From a virus (taxonomy: Duplodnaviria; Heunggongvirae; Uroviricota; Caudoviricetes), in IMG/VR virus record IMGVR_UViG_2526164619_000008, positions 1 to 12,640 of that record: a stretch of DNA of 12,640 nt. The stretch is one strand, 5' to 3'. The notes beneath the pieces were generated by a model, which saw only the letters and a program-made list of their open reading frames with translations, made no database searches and was not told the DNA's origin. The position numbers and the translations under genes are program-made. This document shows, one piece after another, positions 1 through 7,874 of this stretch. Positions within the stretch are counted from its first letter, which is position 1. Each line of letters opens with the position of its first letter.

Positions 1-141
1 TTACTGCTTACACTGTAAGAATGCCGCAAACTCCGCTCCCCAGAAGCTCATCCGTATTTCGCACAGCGAACCGTGCAGCATCCAGATGATGAGGATTGCC
101 GTCACGCAGAACGTGATGGCCGTAAGCGATTTTTGCGACAT
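1..141 (-). CDS. Hok/Gef-family type I toxin-like small membrane peptide (46 aa)
   Basis: Minus-strand ORF, ATG at 141..139, stop at 3..1, translation MSQKSLTAITFCVTAILIIWMLHGSLCEIRMSFWGAEFAAFLQCKQ. Hydrophobic N-terminal segment followed by SLCEIR and G-x-E-x-AAF with the same spacing as plasmid R1 Hok (recalled: ...[23 protein letters not shown]...). AGGAG about 8 nt upstream of the ATG. Too short to appear in the supplied ORF track. Confidence 0.6.
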   Translation of the reverse strand: MSQKSLTAITFCVTAILIIWMLHGSLCEIRMSFWGAEFAAFLQCKQ

Positions 142-331
142 AGCGCTTGCTCCTTTTTCGGGGAGGCGCTAACCTATCACTTGCTTAGGGTAGACGGTTA
201 GGGCCTCGGTTAAACAAAAATGTTTTCCGGGGCCTTTCCACATCTGGCCTTCAGGTATTCCCTCCGACCATCAGCCGAAAGGCACCCGCGCGTAATCTAT
301 CGCTTTTTTGTTACTCCGGCAATTCTGCTCG

Positions 332-592
332 TTAATTCTGAGGTAAGGGCAAACTCATCTGATTGTTTCCTCTGTGTGAAGTTGGCAGTTCATGCCACGG
401 GATGCCCTCTGATGAGTGAATGGGGGAGGCGTGCTTTGAAGTGAATTTGTGGAAGGCTTCCAGTGTTGAGAAACATACGCCGCATTCTAGATTGTTACAC
501 TGATAATACTTTTGTCTCACGGTGTTTGAATCATTTTCCGGACGACTGGTGCGGATACGGGCAGATGCGCCACAAAGCGGACAACGGAACAT
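332..592 (-). CDS. ogr: Ogr/Delta-family zinc-finger late-gene transcription activator (86 aa, divergent)
   Basis: Translation begins MFRCPLCGASARIRTSRPE...YYQCNNLECG, matching the P2 Ogr N-terminus (recalled MFHCPLCQHAAHARTSR...YHQCQNVNCS) and its Cys-x2-Cys...Cys-x4-Cys arrangement. It sits downstream of gene D in the same orientation, as in P2, but with cargo in between. Confidence 0.7.
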   Translation of the reverse strand: MFRCPLCGASARIRTSRPENDSNTVRQKYYQCNNLECGVCFSTLEAFHKFTSKHASPIHSSEGIPWHELPTSHRGNNQMSLPLPQN

Positions 593-654
593 AGCGACCT
601 CTCTTATTGTAGTGCTTGCACTATTCTAGGTTGTATTCTCTAAGATTTAAACAT

Positions 655-663
655 GACTTTCTC
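655..663. repeat. 9-bp target-site duplication (GACTTTCTC), left copy, of the first IS1
   Basis: Identical 9-mer immediately outside both IS1 ends (655..663 and 1432..1440). Confidence 0.85.
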
Positions 664-718
664 GGTAATGCTGCCAACTTACTGATTTAGTGTATGATGG
701 TGATTTTAAGGTGCTTGC

Positions 719-994
719 ATGGCTTCCATTTCCATCAGATGTCCTTCCTGCTCCGCTACTGAAGGCGTGGTGCGTAACGGCAAAAGCACTGCCGGACATC
801 AGCGCTATCTCTGCTCTCATTGCCGTAAAACATGGCAACTACAGTTCACTTACACCGCCTCTCAGCCCGGTACGCACCAGAAAATCATTGATATGGCCAT
901 GAATGGCGTCGGATGTCGCGCCAGTGCACGCATTATGGGCGTTGGCCTCAACACGGTTTTACGTCACTTAAAAAACTCAGGCCGCAGTCGGTAA
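719..994 (+). CDS. insA: IS1 InsA transposition regulator (91 aa)
   Basis: Translation [43 protein letters not shown]... is the recognisable InsA sequence. Confidence 0.95.
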   Translation: MASISIRCPSCSATEGVVRNGKSTAGHQRYLCSHCRKTWQLQFTYTASQPGTHQKIIDMAMNGVGCRASARIMGVGLNTVLRHLKNSGRSR

Positions 995-1416
995 CCTCGC
1001 GCATACAACCGGGCAGTGATGTGATTGTCTGCGCTGAAATGGACGAACAGTGGGGCTACGTCGGTGCTAAATCACGTCAGCGCTGGCTGTTTTACGCGTA
1101 TGACAGGATACGGAGGACGGTTGTGGCGCACGTCTTCGGTGAACGCACTCTGGCCACACTGGAGCGTCTTCTGAGCCTGCTGTCGGCCTTTGAGGTCGTG
1201 GTATGGATGACGGATGGCTGGCCGCTGTATGAATCACGCCTGAAGGGAAAGCTGCACGTTATCAGCAAGCGTTACACTCAGCGCATTGAGCGACATAATC
1301 TGAATCTGAGACAACATCTGGCAAGGCTGGGACGGAAGTCACTGTCGTTCTCAAAATCGGTGGAGCTGCATGACAAGGTCATCGGGCATTATCTGAACAT
1401 AAAACACTATCAGTAA
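913..1416 (+). CDS. insB: IS1 InsB reading frame, normally expressed as the InsAB' transposase by -1 frameshift at the A6C run 970..976
   Basis: Translation ...[26 protein letters not shown]...[38 protein letters not shown] is the recognisable InsB; AAAAAAC motif lies in the insA/insB overlap. Confidence 0.9.
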   Translation: MSRQCTHYGRWPQHGFTSLKKLRPQSVTSRIQPGSDVIVCAEMDEQWGYVGAKSRQRWLFYAYDRIRRTVVAHVFGERTLATLERLLSLLSAFEVVVWMTDGWPLYESRLKGKLHVISKRYTQRIERHNLNLRQHLARLGRKSLSFSKSVELHDKVIGHYLNIKHYQ

Positions 1417-1431
1417 GTTGGAGTCATTATC

Positions 1432-1440
1432 GACTTTCTC
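1432..1440. repeat. 9-bp target-site duplication (GACTTTCTC), right copy, of the first IS1
   Basis: Exact repeat of 655..663. Confidence 0.85.
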
Positions 1441-1464
1441 TATATAATGATTTTTAGCATTAGT

Positions 1465-1496
1465 TAATAAACGAACGGCACTCTAAGGAGCGCCGT
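1465..1496 (-). terminator. Putative intrinsic terminator of the large cargo ORF
   Basis: On the minus strand, directly after the ORF stop: a 9-bp stem (ACGGCGCTC / GAGTGCCGT, one G-U pair) with a 4-nt loop, followed by TCGTTTATT. Folded by eye only. Confidence 0.45.
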
Positions 1497-1504
1497 CAAA
1501 GATA

Positions 1505-4336
1505 TTATTCTGATGTCACTCTTTGCGAGTGAGCTATTTTTAAATCAGCGTTTCCTTCAAATACTATATTCAACTCATAGTTAAGAGTTAGCTTGAATTT
1601 ATCTGAGTCACTTTTGATATTCTCTGAAGTGACATTTACTAACTTATTATTATCATATTCTCTAATAATTAATTTAGTGAAGTAGTTATCCTTTACCACT
1701 AGAGAAAATGGTTGATTAACAAATGGTAAGAAGTAAACCTTACAGGTACCGGATTCAGTAGTTATGTTCATAGAGCCATCATCATTTTTTCTCATTAGTT
1801 CTCTGAGGTTGGGATTATCGAAAAGCATACGATTATATTGCTGAAAGATCTCTTTACTCATCACAAGAACCAGTTTGCCAGCCAAGTCAGCAGATGATTT
1901 TATGTGATCAATCAACATATTGAAATCTTCTATTACGGTATGTTGCGAACAGCCAGTGCTAAATAAATTTGAAAGTATTATTCTCTGGATGTCCTTGAGA
2001 ATTAAGTCTGCTTGAATATCACCTTCATTGATATAAGGGATGGATTCTATTCCTTCGGCATACGGTTCTTTATCTATCTTAATAGATATCTTATGTTTTG
2101 TGAAACAATCGCTAGCCTGCTTAAAATCAATAGATTTGAAAAGTGAAAGAGGGAGTGTTTTCTTGATGCGTTTACGAAGATGTTCTGATGTTTTACGTGC
2201 AGTGCTATCTAGTCGATGTACATCTATGGCAGCATCCTGAAGTCTCATATCAAGATCTTTCTTTAGCATGTTAATATGCTCTTGAAGCAACTTTCTTAAG
2301 TTTTCTTTTTTTGTTTGGAGATCGTCCAATGTTAAAGTCAGCTTGATTTTAGTGTATTCGATGGAGTTACAAATTTTTGATAATACTCCAATGAGTCGTT
2401 GCTTCTCACGATATGTTATATAGTTTTTTTCTATTGCTTCTTTTATTTCTTTTGATACGCTATCGTTCTTGTTAGAAAAAATTAATAATAGCTGAACCCA
2501 TGATTGTTCCATATCAATAAATCCACAGTCAAAAACATTACTGTAAACTCTGCCCATCACCATGTCTGTTTTATCATAGTCACGTAAACGCCTTGCTAAA
2601 CTATTCATCCACCCATTGTGCTCCATATTTTCAGACCATGTCCACAGGCAGATTCTAATTAATATCTTGATTAGTTGGCTTGCATTATCAATTTCTTCAG
2701 TGGGAGTTTCATATCCACCGGTTTGGTCAATAAGTTTACCCTCTAAAATAAGTTTAATGTAATGTGTCATTAATTTGTCAGAAATATTGATTCTTGATGT
2801 CAGATAAAGACATGTGCATATACGCATGTCAGTCAACGCATTTATGATGGCAATATTGAACCACTCTCTGTCTGAATTGAAGTTTAGTTTTTTGGATATG
2901 AAAAAACCCGGGTTAAAAAGCTGGCCTTTGTAACTGTATTTTTCTACCGAATGGCTGTCAATATTCATTGAGTGCTGCCATCGGTTAATAAGAACGACGG
3001 CTGTATCAATAGTAGAAGGATCGCGAGTCTGTGTTGCATCAATAATCATCGATGGAAGTTCTTGTAGTTGCGTTTTGCAAAATAATTCAAATAAATCTGA
3101 ATTCTCTGTATTGCAGAAACGAAAGTTTATGCTTTCTTGATATTGCTCCCAAACAGTGGTATAGGTTCTTAATATACGATTATAACGTGAACGAAGCGAG
3201 GCATTTAAGAGTGATTGGTTGTTTCGGAACCATTCTGTTAATATTGACCATTGTGAACGAGTAATTCCCATATAGATACAAAGTTCATTGGTGATAAGAT
3301 GTTTTCTATTATTGATAATACGCACTCCGCTCCAAAGACATAATTCAAAAAATCTTTCAGAAAGATTAATTTTATCCATGGAATTATTTGATATTTTATA
3401 AACTTCATCTGAAAACTCATATTGAAAACTCCGTTCAAATAATTCTGTAGTGATCAGTAAGAAGTTATTGTTGGTATTATCATCTTGAAAAAAATACAAA
3501 TCGCAGAGATTATTAAAGTTATTAATTAATGCAGAGATAGCATTGTCAAAACTAATGAGATCAGAATCCCGCAGATACATATACGTATCTGCTGTTATAG
3601 CCTGCATTGTAAGACTTACGGAAAAATCTCCTCCTTTAATCGGAGCCCTATAAAAACATTGCTTAAGTATTTTTATTAATAAGCTGTCTGGTTTGATATT
3701 TTTAACGCTAAAAAGTATCTTACCCGTGGATTCTGTTTCTTTTGTACGATTATCACCAATGACAAATGACGCAAAATGATTCTTCTTTTTTAGTTGGTAA
3801 TTAATAAGATTAAGAGTAAGTTGAAAAGGACGGTGATATAAACTTAACTCATCTTCCTTAGAATAACTGCTAGCCACAGATATGTATTCTCCTTTGTAAC
3901 CGGCTTGCTTGATTTCTAAATTTGAATAGTTATGTTTTTGATAGATAGGGTATAACCTAAGCTTGGCTGAGATTTTGTTACAAATATGGGGCATTACTAT
4001 TTCGAAGGCAATGTATCGCTTTATAATTATTTGCCGTTTTACATCATCAAGAATTTCAAGACTCACGATAAAGAACCAAATAGAAAGAACTATGTTTATC
4101 AAAAGCCATAATATGCTGATTAGACAAGCTATACCATAAAGATAACTTCCAAAGACAGTTTTAATTAGTACACTGAGAAGTATAAATCCTGATAAGAAAA
4201 GCCCGCTGAGTCCAGCAAGCATGAATCCTGAGTAACGCTGATAAGCAGTTTGGGCTATTTTTCTATCTGCCTTTTTTTGGAATAAGACACTTACTAAACC
4301 TATAACAAGTGGGTATACAATACCAATAATTGTCAA
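1505..4336 (-). CDS. Large orphan protein (~943 aa) with a hydrophobic N-terminal region (about three predicted transmembrane helices) and a long Ile/Asn/Lys-rich soluble domain with coiled-coil-like stretches; function unknown
   Basis: Single uninterrupted ORF in a visibly AT-rich segment. The ORF-track start is TTG at 4336; the first in-frame ATG is at 4222 (codon 39), so the true start is uncertain. No Walker A or other catalytic motif recognised by eye. Confidence 0.7.
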   Translation of the reverse strand: MTIIGIVYPLVIGLVSVLFQKKADRKIAQTAYQRYSGFMLAGLSGLFLSGFILLSVLIKTVFGSYLYGIACLISILWLLINIVLSIWFFIVSLEILDDVKRQIIIKRYIAFEIVMPHICNKISAKLRLYPIYQKHNYSNLEIKQAGYKGEYISVASSYSKEDELSLYHRPFQLTLNLINYQLKKKNHFASFVIGDNRTKETESTGKILFSVKNIKPDSLLIKILKQCFYRAPIKGGDFSVSLTMQAITADTYMYLRDSDLISFDNAISALINNFNNLCDLYFFQDDNTNNNFLLITTELFERSFQYEFSDEVYKISNNSMDKINLSERFFELCLWSGVRIINNRKHLITNELCIYMGITRSQWSILTEWFRNNQSLLNASLRSRYNRILRTYTTVWEQYQESINFRFCNTENSDLFELFCKTQLQELPSMIIDATQTRDPSTIDTAVVLINRWQHSMNIDSHSVEKYSYKGQLFNPGFFISKKLNFNSDREWFNIAIINALTDMRICTCLYLTSRINISDKLMTHYIKLILEGKLIDQTGGYETPTEEIDNASQLIKILIRICLWTWSENMEHNGWMNSLARRLRDYDKTDMVMGRVYSNVFDCGFIDMEQSWVQLLLIFSNKNDSVSKEIKEAIEKNYITYREKQRLIGVLSKICNSIEYTKIKLTLTLDDLQTKKENLRKLLQEHINMLKKDLDMRLQDAAIDVHRLDSTARKTSEHLRKRIKKTLPLSLFKSIDFKQASDCFTKHKISIKIDKEPYAEGIESIPYINEGDIQADLILKDIQRIILSNLFSTGCSQHTVIEDFNMLIDHIKSSADLAGKLVLVMSKEIFQQYNRMLFDNPNLRELMRKNDDGSMNITTESGTCKVYFLPFVNQPFSLVVKDNYFTKLIIREYDNNKLVNVTSENIKSDSDKFKLTLNYELNIVFEGNADLKIAHSQRVTSE

Positions 4337-4871
4337 TTGGCCACTTAAAATGGTTGTTTGCCATTCGGTTAATGAATGCCTAAACGGGAAATAATGTAAA
4401 AGATTATTTTTTATAAATAATTCGTTTAAATATCCAACATAAAGTAGTACAAATGAAAAAGCTGATATGCAAAGTACTGATTTAACCGGTGAGGATGTTA
4501 ATCTTATGATGTTTTTTCAATAAAATTCCATTTTAAATTCGAATAAAATGGATTTTTAACCATTTTATTACGAACATAGTTCTTTGCTAAAATCTCTGTT
4601 GCACTTAAAAATTGTCCAATCATGAATTACTCTTCTATAAAGTGTGGGTCTACTAACTAAACTGGAATTTTTACTATTGAGTCATATTCCCTTGGACGGG
4701 ATGGACTGTGAAGATTATACTTGACTTCCTCTGTCATGTGGGAAAAACATCCGTATTATTGTTAGCATCTGGTTGATGCCCCAACCTCTGACATCTAGTG
4801 GGCTGATACATTATCTTTTGTTCTTACTGTCAGTGTAGAAGCACATCTCAAAAATAATATTTTTAAGAGAT
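4337..4871 (-). promoter_or_regulatory. AT-rich ~535-bp non-coding leader between the D stop and the cargo ORF; presumed promoter/regulatory region
   Basis: No ORF longer than ~26 codons on either strand; composition shifts abruptly at the gene D stop codon (4872). Confidence 0.35.
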
Positions 4872-5980
4872 TTATTCTATTTCTGCTATCCATTCCGGGA
4901 TTTTTGCTTCAAGTTCAAGCTGCGTGGTAAAGCCGCTGTTATCAATGGTGTGCTCGGCTTTTGCAATAATCCAGTCCTGATAATCAATCTCGCTTTTAAA
5001 GCCTGTCACTGTGCCATGCATTTCGGGATAGAGTTCTGCACGACCACGCGCCAGCGTGATGGAGAATGATGCGGCTCCGCGTTGTAGCTGCTGCCACTTT
5101 GCCGCCGCTGCGCGTCTTGCTGCCTGCTCGTTCTGATAAGTCTTGCGTAACACAAACACGTTGCCTTCCGCACCTTCCATATAGTCGCCTTCCCGACTGC
5201 TGCTTTTCTCCTTTTTGGGTTTTGGCGGTTTGCGGCGTTTCACGTTGACTTTTTTCTTTTCCCGTAATTAAGATCAAGCCAGTAGGCGCGTACCCCTGTA
5301 TACGCCTCGCGGTCAGCAATGCGGAACTGATGGCGATCGCCGCTGCTGCGTGTAATGGCGAACGAGGGCAACGGCTGCCCCTGTGCGTTCACGCCACCAC
5401 CTGGCATGATGAATAACAGATTGCCGCTTTTTACCGTGGCGATTGCTCCCAGCATTTCCGCCATGCGCGTAAGAAAGGACATGTCGCTTTCTTCGGTCTG
5501 GTCGGCGTGGTCGATTTCGATATCCATCAGCATTTCGCTGATTTGCGGTTTCAGGCCGTACCGATGAGCGATGGCGGATACCACACGCTCAACGGTCACA
5601 TCATGCCAGGACACCTCACGTTTAACGTTAAATTCATCCCGAAAATCTGCGCTTCTGGCTGAAACAGTCAGCCTGTCCGGCGGTCCTTCGTGAGCGATTT
5701 CATCAACAATGTAAGTGCCTTTTTCTGTCAGCGGTTCCCCTTTCCAGCCAATGAGAACCGTCAGACGCGCGCCCCGTGGCGGTAGCTGCAACTGACCATC
5801 CGCATCATCCAGCGTGATGGTGAGCTGGTCCGCCTCAAATCCCCGGTTGTCGGTCAGTGACAGGCACATCAGGCGCTCCGCCACGCCTGACAGCGTTTTA
5901 CCCTCCGAGAGAATATCAAAATCCGGCATTTTCACGGGGGCCGTGCCCTGACTGAGCAATTGCATGGTGGTGTCGGTCAT
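4872..5980 (-). pseudogene. D: P2-type tail protein D, interrupted by one frameshift in a homopolymer run (5250..5255)
   Basis: Two adjacent minus-strand ORFs (5240..6112 and 4872..5243) together match gpD (LTDNRGFEADQLTITLDDADGQLQLP..., SWHD, ITRSSGDRHQFRIADREAYTGV, REGDYMEGAEGNVFVL, GFTTQLELE). Adding one A to the AAAAAA run restores ...GKRKKVNVKRRKPPKPKKE.... Likely start is ATG at 5980 (MTDTTMQLL) with AGGGAGGGAG upstream. Confidence 0.85.
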
Positions 5981-6137
5981 CTGCTCCCTCCCTGTGCGGC
6001 ATGGTCGCATGTGCGTGCGGATGGGGTTACTGCTTTTTGTTGTCGCCGTGGCGGGAGAACGGCGCAGGGGTGAGATTGCGCGCGTGGTGGGTGATGATTG
6101 TTGCTGAATCATTTAACGGATACAAGGGGCTGAAGCT

Positions 6138-7322
6138 ATGAGTGAAACTCGTTTTCATGGTGCCCGTGTTACGGAGAATACCGACCTGGTAACAGCGATT
6201 AACGATGTTGATTCCAGCGTTATCGGTATCGTGGCAACGGCGGATGATGCGGACGCGAAGCTGTTCCCGCTGAACAAGCCCACACTGCTGACCCGCGTCA
6301 ATGACGTGCTGGGAAAATGCGGGACAACGGGGACGCTTTATCGTGCGCTTAAGGCCATCGCAGACCAGGTGAGCACAAAGGTGATCGTCGTTCGCGTGGC
6401 TGAACACAAAGAAGAAGACGGAAAGACGCAGGATCAACTGGTTATCGGTGGTTCTGAGGATGACGGCAGCTATACGGGGATGTATGCGCTGCTTGTTGCA
6501 GAGCAGGATGAAAGCATCGGATACCGTCCGCATATTCTGGCCGCGCCGGAGCTGGACACGGAGGCGGTAACAAAATCCCTGTGCGTGATTGCAGATAAAC
6601 TGCGCGCGTTTGTGTATGCCTCATGTCATGGCTGTAACACGATGGCCGAGGCAATTACCTACCGCCAGAAATTCAACGAACGTGAGGTGATGCTCTTATG
6701 GCCGGACTTCATCGCCTACAACCCGAAAAATGGCAAAAACGAAACGTTCCCCGCGCCTGCCTATGCGTGCGGCCTTCGTGCGTACATTGACCATGAACAG
6801 GGATGGCACAAATCGCTGTCCAACGTTCCGGTTAAAAATGTGCTGGGGATGTCGAGGCATGTGTTCTGGTCGTTGCAGGCCGAAGACAGCGATGCCAACA
6901 GCCTCAACAACAAAGAAATCACGACCATTATTCGTCGCAACGGGTTCCGCTTCTGGGGTAACCGCACACCGGAAACGAATGCCTACATCTTTGAGGTGTA
7001 TACCCGAACCGCACAGGTGCTGGCTGATTCAATTGCGGAAGCGCAGTTTGAAACCATCGACAGTCCACTGACGCCTGCGAATGTGAAGGATGTTATCAGT
7101 GCCATCAGGGCAAAACTGGATTCACTGGTGACTGCCGGGAAACTGATTGGCGCGGAGTGCTGGTATGACGTGGTGGATAACAGCACCACGGATTTACGTC
7201 AGGGACGTGTGCGTATTCGCTACAAATATACGCCCGTTCCGCCACTGGAAGACATGGAGCTTTACCAGACGTTTACTGATGAATACTTTGAACCCGCATT
7301 TGCGGTGCTGGGAGGTGCCTGA
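6138..7322 (+). CDS. FI: P2-type contractile tail sheath protein FI (394 aa)
   Basis: Translation contains DADAKLFPLNKPTLL, KLRAFVYAS, LLWPDF, EQGWHKSLSNV, RRNGFRFWGNRT, YTRTAQVLAD, YKYTPVPPLE, which match recalled P2 FI blocks; size matches (P2 FI ~396 aa); AAGGGG RBS. Confidence 0.9.
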   Translation: MSETRFHGARVTENTDLVTAINDVDSSVIGIVATADDADAKLFPLNKPTLLTRVNDVLGKCGTTGTLYRALKAIADQVSTKVIVVRVAEHKEEDGKTQDQLVIGGSEDDGSYTGMYALLVAEQDESIGYRPHILAAPELDTEAVTKSLCVIADKLRAFVYASCHGCNTMAEAITYRQKFNEREVMLLWPDFIAYNPKNGKNETFPAPAYACGLRAYIDHEQGWHKSLSNVPVKNVLGMSRHVFWSLQAEDSDANSLNNKEITTIIRRNGFRFWGNRTPETNAYIFEVYTRTAQVLADSIAEAQFETIDSPLTPANVKDVISAIRAKLDSLVTAGKLIGAECWYDVVDNSTTDLRQGRVRIRYKYTPVPPLEDMELYQTFTDEYFEPAFAVLGGA

Positions 7323-7819
7323 TGGCTGTGCCAAAACATCTTCGCTTTTTTACGCTGTTTGTGGATGGTGAAAACGAAGTGGGTAAGGTGACGTCCGTCA
7401 CTCTGCCTAAGCTGACGCGCAAAACCGACAGCTACCGGGGTGGTGGCATGATGGGTGCGGTAAGTATTGATCTCGGTCTGGACGACTCCGCGCTTGATGC
7501 GAGCTTTGTCATGGGGGGCGCAGTTCGTGAGCTGTTCCTTAAGTATGGCGGCACGATTGACGGCACGCTGCTGCGTTTTGCGGGTGAATACTACACCGAT
7601 GCAGAAAGCGACCTGTATGAAGTCGAAATGCGCGGACGTGTGACGGAAATTGATATGGGCGAAGCCACATCACACACTTACGCCATTAAAAACACCTACT
7701 ACAAGCTGAGTGTTAACGATCGCCCGTTGTGGGAGATTGACCTGCTGAACTTCATTTACCGGAAGGACGGCAAGGACATTGTGCCCGATCGCATCCGTTC
7801 CGCGCTTGGGCTTGGCTGA
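7322..7819 (+). CDS. FII: P2-type tail tube protein FII (165 aa)
   Basis: Start overlaps the FI stop (TGATG); GGAGGTG RBS; position and size match P2 FII. Confidence 0.85.
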   Translation: MAVPKHLRFFTLFVDGENEVGKVTSVTLPKLTRKTDSYRGGGMMGAVSIDLGLDDSALDASFVMGGAVRELFLKYGGTIDGTLLRFAGEYYTDAESDLYEVEMRGRVTEIDMGEATSHTYAIKNTYYKLSVNDRPLWEIDLLNFIYRKDGKDIVPDRIRSALGLG

Positions 7820-7874
7820 TAAGTAATATGCTGGCGGCGCAGTGCGTCGCCTCTGACTGAAAAGGAGACAACAG

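Larger units (their letters stand above)
664..1431 (+). mobile_element. IS1: IS1 insertion sequence, complete 768-bp copy
   Basis: Left end GGTAATGCTGCCAACTTACTGAT and right end ...GTTGGAGTCATTATC are terminal inverted repeats; contains insA and the insB frame; flanked by a 9-bp direct repeat. Confidence 0.95.

Noticed and set aside
142-331. Possible prophage attachment site or tRNA at the prophage end after ogr
   Set aside because: No cloverleaf-like structure or recognisable att core seen by eye; the interval is more simply the hok leader. Cannot be excluded without a search.
220-444. 74-aa plus-strand ORF
   Set aside because: Overlaps the Ogr-like gene on the opposite strand and the hok leader; no family resemblance.
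647-902. Short ORFs 690..902 (+) and 647..838 (-), repeated at 8416..8628 and 8355..8564
   Set aside because: Alternative frames inside IS1 overlapping insA; repeated only because IS1 is repeated.
4996-5319. 107-aa minus-strand ORF and 60-aa plus-strand ORF (5066..5248) within gene D
   Set aside because: Out-of-frame or antisense frames within the D coding region; the D homology frame explains the sequence.
5981-6112. N-terminal extension of the D ORF (MIQQQSSPTTRAISPL...)
   Set aside because: The internal ATG at 5980 has a strong RBS and begins the D-matching sequence; the extension is just open frame in the D/FI intergenic region.
6027-6533. 168-aa minus-strand ORF overlapping the start of FI
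   Set aside because: Antisense to the well-supported tail sheath gene; no independent support.
6442-7371. Internal alternative-frame ORFs within FI (6442..6654, 6730..7071, 6761..6967, 6983..7189, 7147..7371)
   Set aside because: All nested within or antisense to the FI coding sequence.
7820-7874. GC-rich inverted repeat between FII and E (GGCGGCGCAGTGCGTCGCC)
   Set aside because: Could be an attenuator, but it is not followed by a T-run and E must be co-transcribed; too weak to call a terminator.
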